Shown here: positions 33,001 to 41,910 of the stretch, one piece after another
Position numbering within the stretch: the first letter of the stretch is position 1
How the letters are laid out: each line of letters opens with the position of its first letter
Source of the DNA: Escherichia coli
Lineage (GTDB): Bacteria; Pseudomonadota; Gammaproteobacteria; Enterobacterales; Enterobacteriaceae
Strand: one strand, 5' to 3'
DNA length: 64,000 nucleotides
Assembly: GCF_009931435.1 (NCBI RefSeq)
Contig: NZ_CP043414.1
The notes under the pieces: model-generated
Told to the model about the DNA's origin: nothing
Database searches by the model: none
The model's input: the letters and a program-made list of their open reading frames with translations, nothing else
Program-made: the position numbers and the translations under genes

Positions 33001-33811
33001 GAATAGCCGCGAGTACTTTATCTACACAGCGTTGCCACTCATCTTCTGAAGTGAGTGAAAGATGATGACATAGACGTTGATGCCAACTAGGTAGCGATTC
33101 TGCTTCGTGATTAGGTGGAATGATGGTGGTTACTGCGCCTTTTACTGGTTTATATTTGAGTTGAATAGCGAGAAGGGCAATTTCAACGGCACTTTCCAGA
33201 CCACAGCGAATGACTAAGTCATCGACCAATTCATCTGCAGAGTAAGAGTTCCAAAAACTCCAAAGCAATGCTGCATCAGATTGCGCACTTCCTGTCTGTT
33301 GACTACCCAGAATTCGCATTTGTAACTCAGCAAACGCCTGCTGCCAGTTTTCTGGATAAGAACGGTAATTGTTGTCGGGATCATATGCCCTGGTGTTATC
33401 TGCAATACGCTTCCATATCTCACCGTCTTTGCGCAGATAATTGATCTCTCTGGGGCGAGAGCGATGTGGAAAAGCAAATCGGTTAATATCGTCGGTTAGC
33501 GGAATGGCTGCATCATCAGCCAGCCATGGGCGTTTGTTTTTACTCTCAGGTGAAGTTTCAACTTCAGGAGTGACTTTGGTGACGGGGGGGATATGCACGT
33601 TTGCCGAAGCGTCTTCCACATAGCCTTTTTTCGTTTTCTCAGCGATAAGCTTCAGTTCCGCTTTTTCCGCCGCCGCAGCATCCGCAAAGCTTTTTATCTG
33701 GCTTTGCCCTTGGGTGCCAACTTTTCCCCAACTGATATGCAACTCGTTACCTTGCTGCCCCACCGCCCAGAATTTATGCGATTTTTCGTCCTGATAGATA
33801 TAACTCTTCAT
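30002..33811 (-). CDS. WGR-domain plus DUF4132 protein, molR/yehH-like paralog B (intact)
   Basis: 1269-aa ORF; N-terminal 65 aa nearly identical to paralog A; agggaa Shine-Dalgarno-like sequence upstream; C-terminus ends LDDITASELINDIESLFN. Confidence 0.8.
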   Translation of the reverse strand: MKSYIYQDEKSHKFWAVGQQGNELHISWGKVGTQGQSQIKSFADAAAAEKAELKLIAEKTKKGYVEDASANVHIPPVTKVTPEVETSPESKNKRPWLADDAAIPLTDDINRFAFPHRSRPREINYLRKDGEIWKRIADNTRAYDPDNNYRSYPENWQQAFAELQMRILGSQQTGSAQSDAALLWSFWNSYSADELVDDLVIRCGLESAVEIALLAIQLKYKPVKGAVTTIIPPNHEAESLPSWHQRLCHHLSLTSEDEWQRCVDKVLAAIPSLSPARQPFAALLLPERPDIANAMALRYADQNVPAMTWLRLVITDDTALSTVEKYDFPPLYRDFRNFRAYLAMLLANNGIRGVSQILLEFTEEHSDNPTYLFERNSETENLVKWLWKTNHPDAIQILILAVIGKKKHLEYLSKACQKHPAAAIAAYATLLAIHEDAQWRNALIKLITIRPELVCDVIPWVNAKAAGILSECRPQPVAEECEYATVDMLPELFVSPPWMTKEKKKNTPVFDLPVLPVPSVSDVTPEIAKRLTRTYLVTRFQQIAQQQATKQTLFTDLPPIKKASWEKHLIPLTPEQQILWHLGFEKWRESGEKIYEKIPAPQSAVDALLRFDFPALNAEFVQYHNNAYKSWNLIALCYLPGQQAISFLNQIVKEDNYSDEGNILAIFGSAAIPSFMTCLQRDPRRLCFFPFFLGVSDLALPMAQQLQKKMSYEDTRNWLTDYPRHATAGLLPVALGKQGKDRDCARQALRLLVNLNQRETIEEIAQGYNQPDVLAALATLFDSDPLEEYPAKIAPLPGFYQFTLWRRPRLKSNNLPLSDDAMRHLGTMLSFPRDITAYAGLDIIREIFTRESLADFGWDLYTAWMESGAPAKENWAFTSLGILGNDDTARKLTPLIRVWPGESQHKRAVSGLDVLASIGSDIALMLLNGIAQKIKFKALQEHARDKINMVAENRGLTMAELEDRLASDLGLDSSGSLILDFGPRQFTVGFDETLKPVVRDANGKVLKDLPKPNQSDDKTLATDAVNLFKQLKKDVRAIASQQIDRLEQAMCQRRRWTAEQFRLFLVEHPLVRHLTRRLLWGVYTEENTLIACFRVAEDSTYSDMQDELFTLPAGNIGIPHVLEIPPESAAAFRQIYADYELLPPFQQLDRGSYRLADNERNTHDLTRWQGQLCQAGRIVGLERRGWQRLEESGSVYAMRKSTPYGALELETEPFSLIYGETGYSDLLPVESVKITAPYDRYGKQSSPTFSVLDDITASELINDIESLFN

Positions 33812-33951
33812 CCGCGTTCCCTGTATTTATATCCAGTTATAAGCGGATGCTAGCAGTTAATGAAAAAAATTAAGAGCGTTGAACAAACAAGAAAACAACT
33901 TTAGGAATTCATAAAGAAAAGGCGCTGTCGATGCAGCGCCTTGAAGGGGGA

Positions 33952-35985
33952 TTATTTCACCTGATGGCCCGGTTTAGCACCGGCATCCGGGCTTAGCAGG
34001 AAAATATCTTTCCCGCCAGGACCGGCAGCCATCACCATGCCTTCAGAGATACCGAAGCGCATTTTACGTGGTGCCAGGTTAGCCACCATAATGGTGTGAC
34101 GACCAATAAGTGCCTGCGGATCCGGGTAAGCAGAACGAATGCCGGAGAAGACATTGCGTTTTTCACCGCCGAGATCCAGTGTCAGGCGCAGCAGTTTGTC
34201 AGAACCTTCAACAAACTCTGCGTTTTCAATCAGCGCCACGCGCAGGTCAACTTTAGCGAAGTCGTCAAAGGTGATGGTTTCCTGAATCGGATCATCTGCC
34301 AGCGGGCCAGTCACGGGGGCGGCAGTGGCTTTCACTTCTTCTTTAGACGCTTCCACCAGTGCTTCAACCTGCTTCATATCGATGCGGTTATACAGCGCCT
34401 TGAACGGATTCACTTTGTGGCCCAGCAGCGGTTGCTGGATGCCATCCCAGGTCAGTTCCGTATTGAGGAATGCTTCTGCACGCTCGGTCAGTTTTGGCAG
34501 TACCGGCTTCAGGTAAGTCATCAGTACGCGGAACAGGTTAATGCCCATAGAGCAAATCGCCTGCAGGTCAGCATCGCGACCTTCCTGCTTCGCCACCACC
34601 CACGGAGCCTGTTCATCGACATAGCGGTTAGCCAGGTCAGCCAGTGCCATGATTTCGCGCACTGCTTTACCAAATTCACGGCTTTCCCATGCTTCACCAA
34701 TCACTTCAGCGGCATCCGTGAAGGTTTTGTACAACTGCGGGTCAGCCAGTTCGCTTGCCAGCACGCCGTCAAAACGTTTGTTGATAAAGCCTGCGTTACG
34801 GGACGCCAGATTAACCACTTTGTTGACGATATCGGCATTCACACGCTGAACGAAATCTTCCAGGTTGAGATCGATATCATCAATGCGCGAAGAGAGTTTC
34901 GCAGTGTAGTAGTAACGCAGGCTGTCAGCGTCAAAATGATTCAGCCAGGTGCTGGCTTTAATAAAGGTGCCGCGAGACTTGGACATCTTCGCGCCGTTCA
35001 CCGTTACATAGCCGTGAACAAACAGGTTGGTCGGCTTGCGGAAGTTGCTACCTTCCAACATGGCAGGCCAGAACAGGCTGTGGAAGTAAACAATATCTTT
35101 ACCGATGAAGTGGTACAGCTCGGCGGTGGAGTCTTTCTTCCAGTATTCATCGAAGCTTACGCTGTCGCCGCGCTTGTCACACAGATTCTTGAAAGAACCC
35201 ATGTAGCCAATCGGTGCGTCCAGCCAGACGTAGAAATATTTGCCCGGCGCGTTCGGAATTTCAAAACCGAAGTACGGTGCATCGCGGGAGATATCCCATT
35301 GTTGCAGGCCAGATTCAAACCACTCCTGCATTTTGTTTGCCACCTGCTCCTGCAACGCACCGCTGCGGGTCCATGCCTGCAGCATTTCGCTGAAAGAGGG
35401 CAGATCAAAGAAGAAGTGTTCAGAATCACGCATTACCGGGGTAGCGCCAGAAACCACCGATTTCGGCTCGATCAGTTCAGTCGGGCTATATGTTGCGCCG
35501 CAGACTTCACAGTTATCGCCGTATTGATCCGGTGATTTACATTTCGGGCAGGTGCCTTTCACAAAACGGTCCGGCAGGAACATGCCTTTTTCCGGATCGT
35601 ACAGTTGAGAGATGGTGCGGTTTTTAATAAAACCGTTTTCCTTCAGGCGAGTATAGATAAGCTCAGACAACTGACGGTTCTCTTCACTGTGCGTCGAGTG
35701 ATAGTTGTCATAGCTGATGTTAAAGCCTGCGAAATCAGTCTGATGCTCCTGACTCATTTCGCCAATCATCTGCTCCGGAGTGATACCAAGCTGCTGAGCT
35801 TTCAGCATGATTGGTGTACCGTGGGCATCGTCGGCGCAGATGAAGTTGACCTCGTGGCCGCGCATTCGCTGGTAACGGACCCAGACATCAGCCTGGATGT
35901 GCTCCAGCATATGGCCGAGGTGGATTGAGCCGTTAGCGTACGGCAGTGCGCACGTCACCAGAATTTTCTTCGCGACTTGAGTCAT
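33952..35985 (-). CDS. metG: Methionine--tRNA ligase
   Basis: Start [29 protein letters not shown] (HIGH motif) gives 677 aa; KMSKS motif present. Confidence 0.95.
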   Translation of the reverse strand: MTQVAKKILVTCALPYANGSIHLGHMLEHIQADVWVRYQRMRGHEVNFICADDAHGTPIMLKAQQLGITPEQMIGEMSQEHQTDFAGFNISYDNYHSTHSEENRQLSELIYTRLKENGFIKNRTISQLYDPEKGMFLPDRFVKGTCPKCKSPDQYGDNCEVCGATYSPTELIEPKSVVSGATPVMRDSEHFFFDLPSFSEMLQAWTRSGALQEQVANKMQEWFESGLQQWDISRDAPYFGFEIPNAPGKYFYVWLDAPIGYMGSFKNLCDKRGDSVSFDEYWKKDSTAELYHFIGKDIVYFHSLFWPAMLEGSNFRKPTNLFVHGYVTVNGAKMSKSRGTFIKASTWLNHFDADSLRYYYTAKLSSRIDDIDLNLEDFVQRVNADIVNKVVNLASRNAGFINKRFDGVLASELADPQLYKTFTDAAEVIGEAWESREFGKAVREIMALADLANRYVDEQAPWVVAKQEGRDADLQAICSMGINLFRVLMTYLKPVLPKLTERAEAFLNTELTWDGIQQPLLGHKVNPFKALYNRIDMKQVEALVEASKEEVKATAAPVTGPLADDPIQETITFDDFAKVDLRVALIENAEFVEGSDKLLRLTLDLGGEKRNVFSGIRSAYPDPQALIGRHTIMVANLAPRKMRFGISEGMVMAAGPGGKDIFLLSPDAGAKPGHQVK

Positions 35986-36152
35986 AGTAGGCATTACTTC
36001 TTTGTAGTGAAAAGGGCTTAGATAGTACCAAATGGGGCATGGTTACGTAAGTCCTGTGCAAGCATCTTATGATGCATTATTAGGTAAGTACTTAGCTGTT
36101 AACTTCAGGTAAACTAATAGCGATAAGTTATCTTTATAAATAAGGAGTCGGG

Positions 36153-37262
36153 ATGAACGAACAATCCCAGGCCAAATCACCAGAAGCCCTGCGCGCAATG
36201 GTCGCCGGGACACTGGCCAATTTTCAGCACCCAACCCTCAAGCATAACCTCACCACGCTGAAAGCGTTGCACCATGTCGCCTGGATGGACGACACGCTGC
36301 ATGTGGAACTGGTTATGCCGTTCGTATGGCATAGCGCGTTCGAAGAGTTAAAAGAGCAATGTAGCGCCGAACTGCTGCGCATTACCGGGGCGAAAGCTAT
36401 CGACTGGAAACTGTCGCACAATATCGCCACCTTAAAACGCGTGAAGAATCAGCCGGGAATTAACGGCGTGAAGAACATCATTGCGGTCAGCTCCGGTAAA
36501 GGCGGCGTGGGTAAATCCTCCACGGCGGTAAATCTGGCGCTGGCACTGGCGGCGGAAGGGGCGAAAGTCGGCATTCTGGACGCCGATATCTACGGCCCAT
36601 CAATACCCACCATGCTGGGCGCAGAAAATCAGCGTCCAACTTCGCCGGACGGTACCCATATGGCACCGATTATGTCTCATGGACTGGCAACCAATTCAAT
36701 TGGTTATCTGGTCACTGACGACAATGCGATGGTGTGGCGTGGTCCGATGGCGAGCAAGGCGTTAATGCAGATGTTGCAGGAAACCTTGTGGCCGGATCTC
36801 GACTATCTGGTGCTTGATATGCCGCCAGGCACCGGTGACATTCAATTGACACTGGCACAAAACATTCCAGTAACTGGCGCGGTAGTGGTCACCACCCCGC
36901 AGGACATTGCGTTGATCGATGCGAAAAAAGGCATTGTGATGTTCGAGAAAGTCGAGGTTCCGGTGCTCGGTATTGTCGAGAACATGAGTGTGCATATTTG
37001 CAGTAACTGTGGTCACCATGAACCGATTTTCGGTACCGGTGGTGCAGAGAAACTGGCCGAGAAATACCACACGCAGTTGCTGGGGCAGATGCCGTTACAC
37101 ATTTCCTTACGTGAAGATCTCGATAAAGGCACGCCAACAGTTATCAGCCGTCCGGAGAGCGAATTTACTGCTATCTACCGCCAGCTGGCTGACCGCGTTG
37201 CAGCCCAGCTTTATTGGCAGGGAGAAGTCATTCCTGGCGAGATTTCCTTCCGCGCGGTCTGA
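36153..37262 (+). CDS. mrp: Fe-S cluster carrier ATPase Mrp/ApbC
   Basis: 369-aa ORF; P-loop SGKGGVGKSS; CxxC motif (CSNCGHH). Confidence 0.9.
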   Translation: MNEQSQAKSPEALRAMVAGTLANFQHPTLKHNLTTLKALHHVAWMDDTLHVELVMPFVWHSAFEELKEQCSAELLRITGAKAIDWKLSHNIATLKRVKNQPGINGVKNIIAVSSGKGGVGKSSTAVNLALALAAEGAKVGILDADIYGPSIPTMLGAENQRPTSPDGTHMAPIMSHGLATNSIGYLVTDDNAMVWRGPMASKALMQMLQETLWPDLDYLVLDMPPGTGDIQLTLAQNIPVTGAVVVTTPQDIALIDAKKGIVMFEKVEVPVLGIVENMSVHICSNCGHHEPIFGTGGAEKLAEKYHTQLLGQMPLHISLREDLDKGTPTVISRPESEFTAIYRQLADRVAAQLYWQGEVIPGEISFRAV

Positions 37263-37289
37263 CGCGCATTAACCTTTTTGGTTGTTTTT

Positions 37290-37342
37290 TATACACCGCA
37301 GAGATGTTACATTGATGCGGTGTATTTGTTTTTGCCGCATTA
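37290..37342 (+). terminator. Rho-independent terminator after mrp
   Basis: Hairpin acaccgcagagatgttacattgatgcggtgt followed by tttgttttt. Confidence 0.5.
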
Positions 37343-37524
37343 ATGAACACTTATTTAATGCTGCGAATATTCTGCGGACCTTCGTCCGAAACTCTATAAA
37401 GTCGATTGATCGTACAGGCAATGCATCATTATCATCCTTCGTGGCTGTGTAGTGGATGTACAGCTATAGTTTGTTATGCACTCATTCTATCCAGGCATAA
37501 CCTTTACTACAGGGATAACGTTCA

Positions 37525-37806
37525 ATGAATAAGTACTGGCTGTCAGGAATTATTTTTCTTGCCTATGGAATGGCTTCTCCCGCGTTCTCTTCACAGACTG
37601 CCACATTAACGATTAATGGCAGGATCAGTCCCCCAACATGCAGTATGGCTATGGTTAATGGTCAACCTCAACAGCATTGTGGTCAGTTAACGTATGATGT
37701 TGATACCCGTCATCAGGTTTCTTCGCCAGTCAAAGGTGTGACGACAGAAGTGGTTGTTGCAGGTAGCGATAGCAAACGTCGAATCGTGTTAAATCGCTAC
37801 GATTAA
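37525..37806 (+). CDS. yehE: Small secreted protein YehE
   Basis: 93-aa ORF with N-terminal signal peptide, upstream of the fimbrial operon. Confidence 0.75.
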   Translation: MNKYWLSGIIFLAYGMASPAFSSQTATLTINGRISPPTCSMAMVNGQPQQHCGQLTYDVDTRHQVSSPVKGVTTEVVVAGSDSKRRIVLNRYD

Positions 37807-38101
37807 TTTGCCACCCTGGTTTTTTAAGCGGATTTAGAAAGCTGAAATCATTCGTGTGAATGATTTCAGCTTTTTTATTGATATTAATAATACCATTTAA
37901 AAAAATCTGCATTAATTAATAGATGTGATAAATATTTAATATGCTTAAGTATTTGTTGTATTTATATTGCAATAGTTAATTTGTTTTAAATCAATAAAAC
38001 AATATGTTTACATTGCGGCAACTTTTTTGATGTGAGAAATTTGTTTCCAAGAGATACAGACTCTTAACAACCAAAAAATAAATTTTATTAAGGGACATAT
38101 T

Positions 38102-38644
38102 ATGAAACGTTCAATTATTGCTGCCGCTGTCTTTTCTTCTTTTTTTATGAGCGCTGGGGTATTTGCCGCAGACGTTGATACCGGAACATTAACCATTAAA
38201 GGGAATATTGCAGAATCTCCGTGTAAATTCGAAGCGGGTGGCGATTCAGTAAGTATTAATATGCCAACTGTACCAACCACTGTCTTTGAAGGTAAAGCTA
38301 AATACTCGACCTATGATGATGCAGTCGGTGTAACCAGCAGCATGTTAAAAATTAGCTGTCCGAAAGAAGTTGCTGGTGTAAAACTCTCGTTGATTACCAA
38401 CGATAAAATAACCGGAAACGATAAGGCGATAGCCAGTAGCAACGATACCGTGGGGTACTATCTCTATTTAGGTGATAACAGCGATGTCCTGGATGTTTCT
38501 GCACCTTTTAACATTGAAAGTTATAAAACAGCGGAAGGTCAATATGCTATTCCGTTTAAAGCAAAATACCTGAAGCTGACAGATAATTCAGTGCAATCAG
38601 GTGATGTGTTATCTTCTCTGGTTATGCGTGTGGCGCAGGATTAA
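38102..38644 (+). CDS. yehD: Chaperone-usher fimbrial major subunit
   Basis: 180-aa ORF with signal peptide and fimbrial subunit architecture. Confidence 0.85.
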   Translation: MKRSIIAAAVFSSFFMSAGVFAADVDTGTLTIKGNIAESPCKFEAGGDSVSINMPTVPTTVFEGKAKYSTYDDAVGVTSSMLKISCPKEVAGVKLSLITNDKITGNDKAIASSNDTVGYYLYLGDNSDVLDVSAPFNIESYKTAEGQYAIPFKAKYLKLTDNSVQSGDVLSSLVMRVAQD

Positions 38645-38659
38645 TAAATAAAATTTCAA

Positions 38660-38712
38660 ATTTCTCCAGGTAATAAACATGGCCGCTATCCCCATGGCGG
38701 CCTTTTAATTTA
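38660..38712 (+). terminator. Intra-operon hairpin (attenuator) after yehD
   Basis: Palindrome ggccgctatccccatggcggcc followed by ttttaattt. Confidence 0.5.
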
Positions 38713-38724
38713 AGAGGCATTAAG

Positions 38725-39399
38725 ATGAAAGGATTATTAGCTTTACTCATTTCTTCTATGGTCCTTCCTGCACATGCCGGTATTGTCATCTACGGGACGC
38801 GTATTATTTACCCGGCAGAAAACAAAGAAGTGACGGTGCAGTTGATGAATCAGGGAAACCGTTCTTCGCTGCTGCAGGCGTGGATTGATGATGGCGATAC
38901 GTCGTTACCACCAGAAAAAATTCAGGTTCCTTTCATGTTAACGCCACCAGTGGCAAAAATAGGGGCAAATTCCGGGCAGCAAGTAAAAATCAAAATTATG
39001 TCGAATAAACTGCCCACTAATAAAGAGAGCATTTTTTATCTGAATGTTCTGGATATTCCACCAAATAGTCCAGAGCAAGAGGGCAAGAATGCACTGAAAT
39101 TTGCAATGCAAAACAGAATCAAATTGTTTTACCGGCCTGCGGGTATTGCACCGGTAAATAAAGCGACATTTAAAAAGTTACTGGTAAATCGCAGTGGCAA
39201 TGGATTGGTGATAAAAAATGACTCAGCAAATTGGGTAACGATTTCGGATGTCAAAGCTAATAATGTCAAAGTCAATTATGAAACTATTATGATTGCCCCC
39301 TTAGAAAGTCAGAGTATTAATGTCAAAAGTAATAATGCGAATAACTGGTATCTGACCATTATCGATGACCATGGCAACTATATTAGTGACAAAATTTAA
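38725..39399 (+). CDS. yehC: Periplasmic fimbrial chaperone (PapD-like); start uncertain
   Basis: 224-aa ORF with signal peptide and chaperone-like sequence. Confidence 0.8.
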   Translation: MKGLLALLISSMVLPAHAGIVIYGTRIIYPAENKEVTVQLMNQGNRSSLLQAWIDDGDTSLPPEKIQVPFMLTPPVAKIGANSGQQVKIKIMSNKLPTNKESIFYLNVLDIPPNSPEQEGKNALKFAMQNRIKLFYRPAGIAPVNKATFKKLLVNRSGNGLVIKNDSANWVTISDVKANNVKVNYETIMIAPLESQSINVKSNNANNWYLTIIDDHGNYISDKI

Positions 39400-41895
39400 T
39401 TGCAGGAGCTGCCTATGTTGAGAATGACCCCACTTGCATCAGCAATCGTAGCGTTATTGCTCGGCATTGAAGCTTATGCAGCTGAAGAAACCTTTGATAC
39501 CCATTTTATGATAGGTGGAATGAAAGACCAGCAGGTTGCAAATATTCGTCTTGATGATAATCAACCCTTGCCGGGGCAGTATGACATCGATATTTATGTC
39601 AATAAGCAATGGCGCGGGAAATATGAGATTATTGTTAAAGACAACCCGCAAGAAACATGTTTATCAAGGGAAATTATCAAGCGGTTAGGCATTAATACCG
39701 ATAACTTTGCCAGCGGTAAGCAATGTTTAACATTTGAGCAACTTGTTCACGGTGGGAGATATACCTGGGATATCGGAGTTTTTCGTCTCGATTTCAGTGT
39801 ACCGCAGGCGTGGGTGGAGGAACTGGAAAGTGGCTATGTTCCACCGGAAAACTGGGAGCGGGGTATTAATGCGTTTTATACCTCTTATTATGTGAGTCAG
39901 TATTACAGCGACTATAAAGCGTCGGGTAATAGCAAGAGTACATATGTACGTTTTAACAGCGGGTTAAATTTACTGGGGTGGCAACTGCATTCTGATGCCA
40001 GTTTCAGTAAAACAAATAGCAATCCAGGGGTGTGGAAAAGCAATACCCTGTATCTGGAACGTGGATTTGCCCAACTTCTCGGCACGCTTCGCGTGGGTGA
40101 TATGTACACATCAAGCGATATTTTCGATTCTGTTCGCTTCAGCGGTGTGCGGTTGTTTCGTGATATGCAGATGTTGCCTAACTCGAAACAAAATTTTACT
40201 CCACGGGTGCAGGGGATTGCTCAGAGTAACGCGCTGGTAACGATTGAACAGAACGGTTTTGTGGTTTATCAGAAAGAGGTTCCTCCTGGCCCGTTTGCGA
40301 TTACAGATTTGCAGTTGGCCGGTGGTGGAGCAGATCTTGATGTCAGCGTGAAAGAGGCGGACGGTTCGGTAACCACCTATCTGGTGCCTTATGCAGCAGT
40401 GCCGAATATGCTGCAACCCGGCGTGTCGAAATATGATTTTGCGGCAGGTCGTAGCCATATTGAAGGGGCGAGCAAACAAAGTGATTTTGTTCAGGCGGGT
40501 TATCAGTATGGTTTTAATAACTTATTGACGCTGTATGGCGGATCGATGGTCGCGAATAATTATTACGCGTTCACTTTGGGCACAGGCTGGAATACACGCA
40601 TTGGTGCCATTTCCGTCGATGCCACGAAGTCGCATAGTAAACAAGACAACGGCGATGTGTTTGACGGGCAAAGTTATCAAATTGCCTACAACAAATTTGT
40701 GAGCCAAACGTCGACGCGTTTTGGTCTGGCGGCCTGGCGTTATTCGTCGCGTGATTACCGGACATTTAACGATCACGTTTGGGCAAACAATAAAGATAAT
40801 TATCGCCGTGATGAAAACGATATCTATGACATTGCCGATTATTACCAGAACGATTTTGGCCGTAAAAATAGCTTTTCTGCCAATATGAGCCAGTCATTGC
40901 CAGAAGGCTGGGGTTCTGTGTCCTTAAGTACGTTATGGCGAGATTACTGGGGGCGTAGCGGCAGCAGTAAGGATTATCAGTTGAGTTATTCCAACAACCT
41001 GCGACGGATAAGCTATACCCTCGCGGCAAGCCAGGCTTATGACGAGAATCATCATGAAGAGAAACGTTTTAATATTTTTATATCGATTCCCTTTGATTGG
41101 GGTGATGACGTTACGACGCCTCGTCGGCAAATATATATGTCTAACTCAACGACGTTTGATGATCAGGGTTTTGCCTCAAATAATACGGGATTATCGGGAA
41201 CCGTTGGAAGCCGGGATCAATTTAACTATGGGGTCAACCTGAGTCATCAGCATCAGGGAAATGAAACGACAGCTGGAGCGAATTTAACCTGGAACGCGCC
41301 GGTGGCAACGGTGAATGGCAGTTATAGTCAGTCGAGTACTTATCGACAGGCTGGAGCCAGTCTTTCAGGGGGCATTGTCGCCTGGTCGGGTGGCGTTAAT
41401 CTGGCGAACCGTCTTTCCGAAACGTTTGCTGTGATGAATGCGCCAGGAATTAAAGATGCTTATGTCAATGGGCAAAAATATCGCACAACAAACCGTAATG
41501 GAGTGGTGGTATACGACGGAATGACACCTTATCGGGAAAATCACCTGATGCTGGATGTGTCGCAAAGCGATAGCGAAGCAGAATTACGTGGCAACCGGAA
41601 CATTGCCGTCCCTTTTCGCGGCGCGGTTGTACTGGTTAATTTTGATACCGATCAGCGCAAGCCCTGGTTTATAAAAGCGTTAAGAGCGGATGGGCAACCA
41701 TTAACGTTTGGTTATGAAGTCAATGATATCCACGGTCACAATATTGGTGTTGTCGGTCAGGGAAGCCAGTTATTTATCCGCACTAATGATGTACCGCCAT
41801 CGGTTAATGTGGCAATTGATAAACAACAAGGGCTCTCATGCACAATCACCTTCGGTAAAGAGATTGATGAAAATAGGAATTATATTTGCCAGTAA
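39400..41895 (+). CDS. yehB: Outer-membrane fimbrial usher; start uncertain
   Basis: 831-aa ORF, beta-barrel usher architecture, immediately after the chaperone. Confidence 0.85.
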   Translation: MQELPMLRMTPLASAIVALLLGIEAYAAEETFDTHFMIGGMKDQQVANIRLDDNQPLPGQYDIDIYVNKQWRGKYEIIVKDNPQETCLSREIIKRLGINTDNFASGKQCLTFEQLVHGGRYTWDIGVFRLDFSVPQAWVEELESGYVPPENWERGINAFYTSYYVSQYYSDYKASGNSKSTYVRFNSGLNLLGWQLHSDASFSKTNSNPGVWKSNTLYLERGFAQLLGTLRVGDMYTSSDIFDSVRFSGVRLFRDMQMLPNSKQNFTPRVQGIAQSNALVTIEQNGFVVYQKEVPPGPFAITDLQLAGGGADLDVSVKEADGSVTTYLVPYAAVPNMLQPGVSKYDFAAGRSHIEGASKQSDFVQAGYQYGFNNLLTLYGGSMVANNYYAFTLGTGWNTRIGAISVDATKSHSKQDNGDVFDGQSYQIAYNKFVSQTSTRFGLAAWRYSSRDYRTFNDHVWANNKDNYRRDENDIYDIADYYQNDFGRKNSFSANMSQSLPEGWGSVSLSTLWRDYWGRSGSSKDYQLSYSNNLRRISYTLAASQAYDENHHEEKRFNIFISIPFDWGDDVTTPRRQIYMSNSTTFDDQGFASNNTGLSGTVGSRDQFNYGVNLSHQHQGNETTAGANLTWNAPVATVNGSYSQSSTYRQAGASLSGGIVAWSGGVNLANRLSETFAVMNAPGIKDAYVNGQKYRTTNRNGVVVYDGMTPYRENHLMLDVSQSDSEAELRGNRNIAVPFRGAVVLVNFDTDQRKPWFIKALRADGQPLTFGYEVNDIHGHNIGVVGQGSQLFIRTNDVPPSVNVAIDKQQGLSCTITFGKEIDENRNYICQ

Positions 41896-41910
41896 TAATC
41901 GGGTGGCTCT

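Noticed and set aside
34096-35535. 479-aa plus-strand ORF antisense to metG
   Set aside because: Entirely within metG; no ribosome-binding site; composition typical of an antisense frame.
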